Source: Alphaproteobacteria bacterium (lineage in GTDB: Bacteria > Pseudomonadota > Alphaproteobacteria > UBA9219 > RGZA01). Taken from it: a stretch of DNA of 64,000 nt. The position numbers and the translations under genes are program-made. Under the pieces are notes generated by a model that did no database searches, was not told where the DNA came from, and saw nothing but the letters and a program-made list of their open reading frames with translations. The stretch is taken from NCBI GenBank assembly GCA_033762625.1, contig JANRLI010000005.1, forward strand, positions 99,954-163,953, read 5' to 3'. Below are positions 29,635 to 38,330 of the stretch, one piece after another (positions within the stretch are counted from its first letter, which is position 1; the number at the start of each line of letters is the position of its first letter).

Positions 29635-30480
29635 ATGGAAAGCAAACACAAGGGCATAAAAGCAGTGATTTTGGCGGGCGGCAAAGGTACGCGCCTTTCC
29701 GAAGAAACTGTGTCATTGCCAAAGCCACTGGTTGAAGTTGGCGGTCGCCCCATCCTTTGGCACATCATGAAAATTTATGCCGCGCATGGCATTCGTGATT
29801 TCGTGATTTGCCTTGGCTATAAAGGGTTCAAGATTAAAGAATATTTTTTGAATTATGGCTTGCACAATGTGGACATCAGCGTCGATACGCGTGGTGGCGG
29901 CGTGCAGCTTCATCAAGAATCCCAAGAAGACTGGCATATCACACTTGCTGAAACCGGCGAAGAAACCCAAACCGGTGGCCGTGTGCGCCGTGTACGTCGT
30001 TATCTGGATGATACTCAGCCCTTCTGTTTGACCTATGGTGATGGTGTGGGCGATGTGGATATTTCCAAGAGCATTGAGTTTCATAAGCAACATGGCAAGC
30101 TCGCAACAGTTACCGCTGTGCAACCGCTGGCGCGTTTTGGTTCGCTCGACATTCAGCCCAATGGTTCGGTCAAACAATTCGTTGAAAAACCTGTTACCGA
30201 AAGCGGCCTTATTAATGGCGGGTTCTTTGTATTAAACCCCAAGGTGATTGATTATATCTCCGGCGATGACATGCCGTGGGAACGTGACCCGCTCGAAAAC
30301 ATTGCAAAAGATGGGCAGTTGATGGCGTTTGAACATCACGGATTCTGGCAGCCCATGGATACACTGCGCGACCGCAATCATCTGGATGCGATGTGGGAAA
30401 AAAATAAAGCGCCATGGAAAATCTGGAGCGATGAAAAGCCAAAAGAAATCGCCAATGGTGGCAAGAGGCGTTTTGCATGA
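29635..30480 (+). CDS. rfbF: Glucose-1-phosphate cytidylyltransferase
   Basis: KAVILAGGKGTRLSEETVSLPKPLVEVGGRPILWHIMKIYAAHGIRDFVICLGYKG is near-identical in pattern to RfbF/DdhA. Confidence 0.9.
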   Translation: MESKHKGIKAVILAGGKGTRLSEETVSLPKPLVEVGGRPILWHIMKIYAAHGIRDFVICLGYKGFKIKEYFLNYGLHNVDISVDTRGGGVQLHQESQEDWHITLAETGEETQTGGRVRRVRRYLDDTQPFCLTYGDGVGDVDISKSIEFHKQHGKLATVTAVQPLARFGSLDIQPNGSVKQFVEKPVTESGLINGGFFVLNPKVIDYISGDDMPWERDPLENIAKDGQLMAFEHHGFWQPMDTLRDRNHLDAMWEKNKAPWKIWSDEKPKEIANGGKRRFA

Positions 30481-31601
30481 GCGGTGTAAATCCACACAAG
30501 GATTTTTGGCGCGGCAAGCGCGTATTCCTGACAGGGCATACGGGGTTTAAGGGTGGCTGGCTTGCGCTGTGGCTAAAGCAATTGGGCGCAGTGGTGCATG
30601 GGTTTTCGCTGCAACCACCTACCGTTCCAAATCTCTTTACGCTTGCCAATGTGGAAGGCGCGGTTAGTCATCAGATCGGCGATATCCGTGATGGCGAAAC
30701 ATTAAAAAGCGCAGTAAAGAATTTTAAGCCGGATATCGTGTTGCATTTGGCAGCGCAGCCGATTTTGCGTTTATCTTATGACGAACCCGTTGAAACCTAT
30801 GCAACCAACGTCATGGGTACTGTGCACATGCTGGAAGCGGTGCGCGCGGCGCCATCGGTGCAGGTGACGCTCGTTATCACGACCGATAAATGCTATGAAA
30901 ACCGCGAGCAAATCTGGCCCTATCGTGAAGGCGATGCGATGGGCGGCCATGACCCCTATAGCAGCAGCAAAGGATGCGCAGAACTTGTGGTCTCATCCTA
31001 TGGCCATTCCTATTTCAACAAAGGTGAGCAGGTCATTGCATCTGCCCGCGCCGGCAATGTGATTGGCGGTGGCGATTGGGCACGCGATCGATTGATGACG
31101 GATATCATTGCCGCTGTTGCGCGCGGCCAAAAACCAGTCATTCGTAACCCCGGTGCAATCCGCCCATGGCAACATGTGCTGGAGCCGCTTTCGGGTTATT
31201 TACGCGCTGTAGAAGTGTTGTGGGAGCGTCGCCCGAAAAACGGAGCTGAAGCATGGAATTTTGGGCCGGAATCTGAAAGCGAAGTTTGCGTTGGCGATGT
31301 GGCCAATACGGTTTGTGAATTATGGGGCTTTAAGGCCGGACTTGAAATCACCCCGGATGCCCGCCGTTTGCATGAAGCAACCCTGCTGCGTCTCGATAGC
31401 AGCAAGGCCCGGGTTGAACTAGGCTGGAAGCCACGCCTTACCTTGCATGATGCATTAGCCATGACCGTTGAATGGTATAAGGCGCAGCAGGCAAGCGCGA
31501 ATATGAACACGGTTACCCTTGCCCAAATTCAGGCCTATCACGACAAGATTTCAACTAATGCTGCTGGGCAAGCCCGCCCATTGGCAACCGCTTCTGTTTA
31601 A
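30477..31601 (+). CDS. rfbG: CDP-glucose 4,6-dehydratase
   Basis: GKRVFLTGHTGFKGGWLALWL. Catalytic YSSSKGCAEL. Start overlaps the rfbF stop. Confidence 0.9.
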   Translation: MSGVNPHKDFWRGKRVFLTGHTGFKGGWLALWLKQLGAVVHGFSLQPPTVPNLFTLANVEGAVSHQIGDIRDGETLKSAVKNFKPDIVLHLAAQPILRLSYDEPVETYATNVMGTVHMLEAVRAAPSVQVTLVITTDKCYENREQIWPYREGDAMGGHDPYSSSKGCAELVVSSYGHSYFNKGEQVIASARAGNVIGGGDWARDRLMTDIIAAVARGQKPVIRNPGAIRPWQHVLEPLSGYLRAVEVLWERRPKNGAEAWNFGPESESEVCVGDVANTVCELWGFKAGLEITPDARRLHEATLLRLDSSKARVELGWKPRLTLHDALAMTVEWYKAQQASANMNTVTLAQIQAYHDKISTNAAGQARPLATASV

Positions 31602-31619
31602 ACACTTTAGGAAAAATAA

Positions 31620-32990
31620 ATGAGTACTGCTGCTGCTAAAAAACATGTCTCCCCGCAATTCTCGAATGAAACCAGCGAAGCTGAAGCCCTGCGTACGCAG
31701 ATTTTGGAGCTAACCAAGAGATATGCAGAACTTGCGCATGCGCCAAAACCATTTACTGCTGGTAAATCACCCGTGCCTGTTTCGGGCCGCGTATATGGCG
31801 CCAATGAAATGACCACGCTGGTGGATAGCGCATTGGAATTCTGGCTCACCACGGGTCGTTACAACGACATGTTCGAAGAACGCTTTGGAAAAATTCTGGG
31901 CGTGAATGCAGTTTTAACCTGCAATTCCGGTTCTTCAGCTAACCTTTTGGCTGCAACCGCGCTCACCTCTCATTTGCTTGGCGCGAAGGCATTAAAGCCA
32001 GGCGATGAAGTGATTACCTGCTCAACCGGTTTTCCAACCACCATCAATCCGCTCATCCAAAACGGATTAGTGCCGGTATTTATTGATGTCGATATTCCAA
32101 CCTACAACATTCGCGCCGAACAGATTGAAGCCGCAATAACACCAAAGACCCGCGCCATTATGGTTGCGCATGCCTTGGGTAATCCGTTTGATTTGGATAC
32201 CGTGATGGCGGTAGCCAAGAAACATAATTTATATGTTGTCGAAGATAGCTGCGATGCGTTGGGCGCGACCTATAATGGCAAGATGGTTGGCACGTTTGGC
32301 GATATTGGTACGGTAAGCTTTTATCCTGCACATCATATCACCATGGGTGAGGGCGGTGCGGTTTATACCAACAGCGCAGTGATGAAGCGCATTCTGGAAT
32401 CGGTGCGTGACTGGGGCCGTGATTGCTGGTGCAAGCCGGGCATGGACAATACCTGCAAGAAGCGCTTCGGCTGGCAGTTGGGTGATTTGCCATTTGGCTA
32501 TGACCACAAATATACCTATTCACATATTGGTTATAATTTAAAGATTACCGATATGCAGGCAGCCGTTGGTTATGCCCAGCTTGACCGTCTGGATGATTTT
32601 GTTGCCAAGCGCCGCGCGAACTTCACCTATCTGAAAGCAGGGTTGAAGCAATTTGAAGATGTGCTGATTTTGCCGGAGGCAACGCCGAAATCCGATCCGT
32701 CATGGTTTGGCTTCCCGCTATCGATGCGGGATGGCGCGAAGTTCAAGCGCGATGAATTGCTGGTTTATTTGAATGAAAAGAAAATTGGCACGCGGTTGCT
32801 GTTCGGCGGAAATTTATTACGCCAGCCTTACATGAAAGACCGCCCATACCGTGTTCATGGCGAAACGCCAAATAGCGATAAGGTGATGCGCGATACCTTC
32901 TGGCTGGGCGTTTACCCCGGTATCGGGAATGCCGAAAACGATTATATCGTGGATATGATCGGCGCATTTATCAAAAACGGCGGTAAGTAA
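31620..32990 (+). CDS. rfbH: CDP-4-keto-6-deoxy-D-glucose 3-dehydrase (E1; RfbH/DdhC), a DegT-family PMP enzyme
   Basis: 456 aa. RfbH length and layout. DegT-family fold. Follows rfbF-rfbG. Confidence 0.8.
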   Translation: MSTAAAKKHVSPQFSNETSEAEALRTQILELTKRYAELAHAPKPFTAGKSPVPVSGRVYGANEMTTLVDSALEFWLTTGRYNDMFEERFGKILGVNAVLTCNSGSSANLLAATALTSHLLGAKALKPGDEVITCSTGFPTTINPLIQNGLVPVFIDVDIPTYNIRAEQIEAAITPKTRAIMVAHALGNPFDLDTVMAVAKKHNLYVVEDSCDALGATYNGKMVGTFGDIGTVSFYPAHHITMGEGGAVYTNSAVMKRILESVRDWGRDCWCKPGMDNTCKKRFGWQLGDLPFGYDHKYTYSHIGYNLKITDMQAAVGYAQLDRLDDFVAKRRANFTYLKAGLKQFEDVLILPEATPKSDPSWFGFPLSMRDGAKFKRDELLVYLNEKKIGTRLLFGGNLLRQPYMKDRPYRVHGETPNSDKVMRDTFWLGVYPGIGNAENDYIVDMIGAFIKNGGK

Positions 32991-34012
32991 TGTCCAGCGT
33001 TGCGGGAAGACTGGAATTCCCGACAGCGCTGGCTGAAGTATTACGGGCAAGCCCATGTGATATCGTCATTACTGGTGGCGGCGGGTGGATAGGGCAGGCA
33101 GCGCTTGAAATGTTGGAAAGCGCGCTGGGCGATGATGTATTGAAACGAGTTTCGGTGTTTGGTTCATCTGCGCGTGATTTAACGCTGCGTTCCGGTCGTA
33201 CTATTCCTTGTTTAGCGCTGGAGCATATTCGTGTGCTGGAAGCAGGTCCAAAGCTGTTTTTCCATTGCGCATTCTTGACCAAAGACCGTTTGCTGGGTCA
33301 AAGCGTTGATGCATTCATCGCCGGCAACACGGTGATTAGTGATTGCGTTGCAGCAGCCATTGAACGCAGCGATGCGCGTGGCATCTTTATGCCATCATCC
33401 GGCGCTGTGTATAAGCGCGACCGCTCTGTTCCGCCAAGTGGCGGAACAACCGCGACTACGCGAGAGCTTGATGACGATATGCAGGCTAATCCCTATGGGG
33501 TGATGAAGCATCAGGATGAAGAGCGGTTTTTGCAAATTGCCAAGCAAAAAAACATACCGGCATGTATTCCGCGCCTGTTTAATTTATCTGGCCCGTTCAT
33601 CAATAAAATCGAACTCTATGCACTGGCATCGATGATTGCATCGTGCATGGGCGGAAAGGAAATTACCATCCACGCGCCACACCGTGTTTTTCGTTCATAT
33701 ATTCATGTGGCTGATTTGGTGGCGCTGGGGTTTGCCATGCTGCTCAACTCCAAAAAAGACGATGTGCCTGTGTTTGATACAGCCGGCGAAGAAGTAGTGG
33801 AACTGACCGCGCTTGCCGAAAAAATCCGCGAGGTAATGGGCAAGCCCCAAACGCCAATTTGCCGCCCTCATATCATCACCGATAAAGATGATGTGTATGT
33901 AGGGAATAGCAAGCCGTTTAACCAGATGATGGACCATCACGGATTGACATTACGCAGCATTGATGTGCAAATTCGGGACACCGCCGCCTATCTTGCTAGC
34001 TTAATCAAATGA
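32990..34012 (+). CDS. NAD(P)-dependent sugar epimerase/reductase (extended SDR)
   Basis: CDIVITGGGGWIGQAALEML Rossmann motif. TAATG-coupled to rfbH. Confidence 0.65.
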   Translation: MSSVAGRLEFPTALAEVLRASPCDIVITGGGGWIGQAALEMLESALGDDVLKRVSVFGSSARDLTLRSGRTIPCLALEHIRVLEAGPKLFFHCAFLTKDRLLGQSVDAFIAGNTVISDCVAAAIERSDARGIFMPSSGAVYKRDRSVPPSGGTTATTRELDDDMQANPYGVMKHQDEERFLQIAKQKNIPACIPRLFNLSGPFINKIELYALASMIASCMGGKEITIHAPHRVFRSYIHVADLVALGFAMLLNSKKDDVPVFDTAGEEVVELTALAEKIREVMGKPQTPICRPHIITDKDDVYVGNSKPFNQMMDHHGLTLRSIDVQIRDTAAYLASLIK

Positions 34013-35055
34013 CACCCCAGCTTCCTGACGAACACCAGATTTATCCAGCGGCTTCGAATCCTTTTTATATCGTTGCGCCGCCTTATGTGCGCATATCGGC
34101 GGGTGTTCGCGTGCTGCATTTGCTGTGTCACAGTTTGAATAAGTTGGGTCATACGGCATATTTGCTCATGTACCCTGCGATGCCGTGGCGCGAGCACCAA
34201 ATCTGCCCAGATTTGATGACGCCTGTTTTGAATCACGATATCGTCAAAAGTCATTTTGACCGCGGCCTTACCCCTATCATGGTCTATCCGGAAACGGTAA
34301 CTGGAAATCCATTTAACAGCCCATGCGTTGTGCGGTATGTACTCAATTTCCCGGGATTGCTGGGCGGTGATAAAATATATGCCGAAAATGAATTATGTTT
34401 CAGCTATGGCGAAGTGCTGGCATCGCATACACGCAACCCTACGAATATTTTATTTTTACCAGCGATTGACACGCGTACTTATCACCCGCCTGCGGCGGGA
34501 CAAAAACGCAGCGGCACCTGCTTTTATGCGGATAAATATCAGGTAGCGCATCAAGGCAAGCTATTTGACATTACCAAGGACAGCATCGAAATCACACGAA
34601 ATAAGCCTGATAGCCAAACACCACAGCAAATCGCCGAACTATTCCGCAAAAGCGAATTATTTTACGTGTATGAAAACACCGCGCTGGCAATTGAAGCGGT
34701 GTTGTGCGGTTGCCCGGTTGTGTTTTTACCCAATGAACATCTTAGTGATATGATCGCTGTCAAGGAAATCGGCAAGGATGGGTATGCGTGGGGCGCTGAT
34801 CCTGCTGAAGTTGCCAGAGCAAAGGCAACGGTTGAGCAAGGTGCGCAGAATTATTTAAACAGTTATAAAACCTATTGGGAAGATCTGGATAAATTCATCC
34901 AGCAGTCTAAAGCGCATGTTGCAGGCAAGCCTTATACTACCATGATCACCCTGCCAAATACCTTTGATGTGATACGACAGTCTTATTATGACCGTGGTCC
35001 AGCCCGTTTCTTCCAATTGGTATTACGCCGCCTGCGAGAACTTTTAAAAATATAA
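34009..35055 (+). CDS. Hypothetical protein, possible unclassified glycosyltransferase
   Basis: 348 aa. No recognised motif. ATGA-coupled to the upstream reductase. Confidence 0.35.
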   Translation: MTPQLPDEHQIYPAASNPFYIVAPPYVRISAGVRVLHLLCHSLNKLGHTAYLLMYPAMPWREHQICPDLMTPVLNHDIVKSHFDRGLTPIMVYPETVTGNPFNSPCVVRYVLNFPGLLGGDKIYAENELCFSYGEVLASHTRNPTNILFLPAIDTRTYHPPAAGQKRSGTCFYADKYQVAHQGKLFDITKDSIEITRNKPDSQTPQQIAELFRKSELFYVYENTALAIEAVLCGCPVVFLPNEHLSDMIAVKEIGKDGYAWGADPAEVARAKATVEQGAQNYLNSYKTYWEDLDKFIQQSKAHVAGKPYTTMITLPNTFDVIRQSYYDRGPARFFQLVLRRLRELLKI

Positions 35056-35146
35056 TGGTTTCAGTGACGGTGAAACGATGCTTATCCACAAGCTAATTAA
35101 TAAAATAAAGCCTAAATCAACCCCAAACCCTCATCGCTAATAAGGA

Positions 35147-36214
35147 TTGCACTTACCGCCATATCCTTTAAAAAGAGGGGCTATTCCTCATTTAAATGGC
35201 TTAGATTTCTGTATGACACGCATCTCCGTCTGCACGCCCTGTTTCAATGAACGCGAAAGCATCCGCCGCTGCTATGAGACAGTGCGCAAGGTTTTCGAAG
35301 AAACCATGCCGGATGTCGAGCGCGAACATATTTTTGCGGATAATGGTTCAACCGATGGCACCGTAGAAATTCTGCGCGAAATTGCCGCCAATGATCCATG
35401 CGTCAAAGTCATTCTGAATATGCGCAATTTCGGAATCATTCGCAGTTCCATGAACGGTATTCTTAGCTCGTCAGGCGATGCCGTATTCATGTTCATGCCA
35501 GCCGATTTGCAGGACCCGCCAGAACTGATGCCGCAATTTGTGAAATTGTGGCGTGAAGGGTATGAAGTCGTATATGGCACCCGCGAAATTCGTGAAGAGC
35601 ACCCGCTTATGCGTAGCGTTCGCGAGATGTATTACAAAGTTTTGCGTGCATTTTCCAGTGTCCAGCTGCCAATGAATATCAGTGATTACCAATTGCTGGA
35701 TAAGCGTGTGATTGATGCGATGCGCCAGTTTGATGATGCGTATCCGTTCGTGCGTGCCATGCCGTTTCAATGCACATCGCGTACTATTGCTGTGCCCTAT
35801 ACATGGCGCGCCCGCGCAGCCGGTGTTTCGAAAAACCGCCTTTTTAATCTGATTGATCAAGGGCTAAACGGTTTTATTGCAACAACCCATGTTCCTATTC
35901 GCTTGGCGTTACTGGCAGGCTTTCTAATTTCCGCATGCAGCATTTTGTATGCGGTAGTGAATGTGGTTGGCAGTTTGTTTGCGCCAGAACCGATGGTGGG
36001 CGCGGGTATTCGTACGTTGATTGCAGGTATGTTTTTGTTCAATGGTATAATTTTATTCTTCTTGGGTGTTTTGGGCGAATATGTACTTTCCATTCACCAG
36101 CAAGTGCGCCGCCCGCCGCGCGTCGTTGAACGGGAGCGGATCAATTTCGATACCCCGCCGCGCACCCAGCAAAGTAGTGAAGAAACCGAACAGAAACAAC
36201 GGCGCGCCAGCTAA
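35147..36214 (+). CDS. GT2 polyprenyl-phosphate glycosyltransferase (GtrB/ArnC/DPM1-like) with a C-terminal 2-TM anchor
   Basis: ISVCTPCFNERESI, FADNGSTDGT and DLQDPP GT2 motifs. C-terminal TM pair ...AGMFLFNGIILFFLGVLGEY. An alternative start at 35213 is possible. Confidence 0.8.
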   Translation: MHLPPYPLKRGAIPHLNGLDFCMTRISVCTPCFNERESIRRCYETVRKVFEETMPDVEREHIFADNGSTDGTVEILREIAANDPCVKVILNMRNFGIIRSSMNGILSSSGDAVFMFMPADLQDPPELMPQFVKLWREGYEVVYGTREIREEHPLMRSVREMYYKVLRAFSSVQLPMNISDYQLLDKRVIDAMRQFDDAYPFVRAMPFQCTSRTIAVPYTWRARAAGVSKNRLFNLIDQGLNGFIATTHVPIRLALLAGFLISACSILYAVVNVVGSLFAPEPMVGAGIRTLIAGMFLFNGIILFFLGVLGEYVLSIHQQVRRPPRVVERERINFDTPPRTQQSSEETEQKQRRAS

Positions 36215-36215
36215 G

Positions 36216-36983
36216 ATGGTTATTGTTATTACAGGTGCATCGTCAGGGATTGGTGAAGCGTTATGCTTGCACTATGCCATGCGCGGGAACACCATTTGCC
36301 TGTTGGCACAGAATCTGACGGCGCTGGAAAACGTGGCTGAACGCTGCCGTGCGCAAGGTGCAACGGCGTTTGTATATGGCGCCGATGTCAAGGATGCTCC
36401 AGCGATGCAACGCGCAAGCGAAGCGATAATTCATGAGGCGGGCGTGCCGGATATTGTCATTGCCAATGCTGGTATCCGTATTGAAGACCCCGCAAGCTAT
36501 GTGGGTTCAAATGCTGCCTATGAAATCATGATGGTGAATTATATTGGTGTCATTAATACGTTTGCTACCTTTATTGAGCCTATGAAAAAAAATGGAAAAG
36601 GGCATCTCTGCGCGATTTCAAGCATTGCCGCATACCGCGCTACACCCAACTCGGGCATTTATTCTGCATCAAAAGCGGCGGTAAATTTATGGACCGAAGC
36701 ACTGCGTCTTAAACTTGTGCCACACCATATTCATGTGACCACTGCGGCATCCGGATTTGTGCGCACGGCGATGACCGCTGATTTATCGTTTCATATGCCA
36801 GGCATTTTATCCGCAGCGCAGGCCGCCGCTATTATTTCCAAGGCGATTGCCGATAAAAAAAGCCGCATCATGTTTCCGTGGCAGTCGCGTTTCATCTGGA
36901 GCATGTTTTGCGCGATGCCGGGATGGCTTTACGATGGCGTTATTTTATGTGCCAAAAAATACTGGCCGTCCCGCAACGATTAG
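36216..36983 (+). CDS. Short-chain dehydrogenase/reductase
   Basis: MVIVITGASSGIGEAL with YSASKAAV. The start is 2 nt after the upstream stop. The longer ORF from 36066 overlaps the GT2 gene and is unlikely. Confidence 0.7.
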   Translation: MVIVITGASSGIGEALCLHYAMRGNTICLLAQNLTALENVAERCRAQGATAFVYGADVKDAPAMQRASEAIIHEAGVPDIVIANAGIRIEDPASYVGSNAAYEIMMVNYIGVINTFATFIEPMKKNGKGHLCAISSIAAYRATPNSGIYSASKAAVNLWTEALRLKLVPHHIHVTTAASGFVRTAMTADLSFHMPGILSAAQAAAIISKAIADKKSRIMFPWQSRFIWSMFCAMPGWLYDGVILCAKKYWPSRND

Positions 36984-37005
36984 AAATGCGTAAGGGCTGC
37001 ACGTT

Positions 37006-37881
37006 TTGCATGCAGTGCCGTTAAAAAATCCCGTTTTCTATTATTTTTCCGCTGTTTTGCTTGTAGTTTTGCTAGGCAATTCATACAAAGAAAAATATAC
37101 TTACCGGCTTCTTGGCATCACCGTGATGCTTTTTCCCCTAATGGATGCGCGCTGCTTTATGAAATTCGAAGATTATTCCCATACGTTTTTGCATTTTCAT
37201 ACAACAGAAGTGCCAGCGATATTAAAAAAATACCTTTCGGGCAATGTTGGGCTCGTGGATTTGGGGGCGGGCGATGGCAACTTGCTTATATCCCTAAAAA
37301 CCGCAGGCCTGCTGGATCAGTTTTCCAAAGTTGTTGCCGTTGAACTATCCCAAGAACGCTGCGAGCGGCTTCGCACCTATACCAATTTCAAAGTCATCTG
37401 CGGGGATGCCACCAATGTCAGCGAGCTGGAACCAGAAAGCTTTGATTTTGTTTTATGCACGCAGGTGATCGAACACGTGGATGAAGCCAAACTGCTTGCG
37501 CAAATTTCAAAGCTATTAAAGCCGAATGGTACCGCCTATATCGCATCGCTGATTAAAGAAAAGCATGGCTGGTGGTATTATCGTACGGCGGATGGCAAAT
37601 GGGCATTAGACCCCACCCATTTGCGCGAATATGAATCAGTCGAGCAATATGAAGCAGTGATTAAAAAGGGCGGATTTACCATTGTAGAAACAGTAACCAG
37701 CCGTTTGGAACTTTCAATCATTGAGTTTGTGCTGCGTAGAATTGTCGTTCCGCTGTTCAAGCCGGAGCATATTCACAGCTTCTTTATTCAATATCCATTT
37801 GCAGACTGGATACGCAGGCATTTTAACGTGCGCCCGCCCGGTTACCATATTGTTGAAACCATCGCGAAAAAAGCACAATGA
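37006..37881 (+). CDS. Class I SAM methyltransferase
   Basis: VDLGAGDGNLLISL motif I. The true start may be a downstream internal Met. Confidence 0.6.
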   Translation: MHAVPLKNPVFYYFSAVLLVVLLGNSYKEKYTYRLLGITVMLFPLMDARCFMKFEDYSHTFLHFHTTEVPAILKKYLSGNVGLVDLGAGDGNLLISLKTAGLLDQFSKVVAVELSQERCERLRTYTNFKVICGDATNVSELEPESFDFVLCTQVIEHVDEAKLLAQISKLLKPNGTAYIASLIKEKHGWWYYRTADGKWALDPTHLREYESVEQYEAVIKKGGFTIVETVTSRLELSIIEFVLRRIVVPLFKPEHIHSFFIQYPFADWIRRHFNVRPPGYHIVETIAKKAQ

Positions 37882-38300
37882 ATTTGATAGCATTAAAAGA
37901 AAAAGTGGTAATGCGGTATGCGATGATCGGTGTTGTTAACACTGTGTTCGGGTTCAGTTTTTTCCCTTTTTTCTATTGGCTGTTCCATTCCATTCTGGAA
38001 ATCAATATTCTGGTTACATTAAGCCATTTGTGTTGCGCGTTATTTGCATTTTTTTCTCATAAATATCTGACCTTTCGTTCTGACGAAAAGGTGCATCTGG
38101 AAGGCGGAAAGTTTATCGTAACGCAGGCAATTACATGGACCATCAATATTGCTATGTTGAATGTGGCTATGGCGTTACTTGATTGGAGCCCGTTTGTCCT
38201 GCAAATGCTGATTTCGGTTTTTTTGACGATTAGTAATTATTTTGTTTACAAGTACTTTGTTTTTCTGTCGCCAAAAGGCAAGCCGCGCGAACAGCATTAA
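37878..38300 (+). CDS. gtrA: GtrA-family small membrane protein (polyprenyl-P-sugar flippase family)
   Basis: 140 aa, 4 TM. MRYAMIGVVNTVFGFSFF ... YKYFVF GtrA signature. Confidence 0.75.
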   Translation: MNLIALKEKVVMRYAMIGVVNTVFGFSFFPFFYWLFHSILEINILVTLSHLCCALFAFFSHKYLTFRSDEKVHLEGGKFIVTQAITWTINIAMLNVAMALLDWSPFVLQMLISVFLTISNYFVYKYFVFLSPKGKPREQH

Positions 38301-38330
38301 TCTATTCCACCCCAACCTGAGAATTTCTGA

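Noticed and set aside
36066-36215. N-terminal 50-aa extension of the SDR ORF overlapping the GT2 gene
   Set aside because: The conserved SDR N-terminus (MVIVITGASSGIG) begins at 36216, immediately after the GT2 stop. The extension is an artefact of the longest-ORF call.
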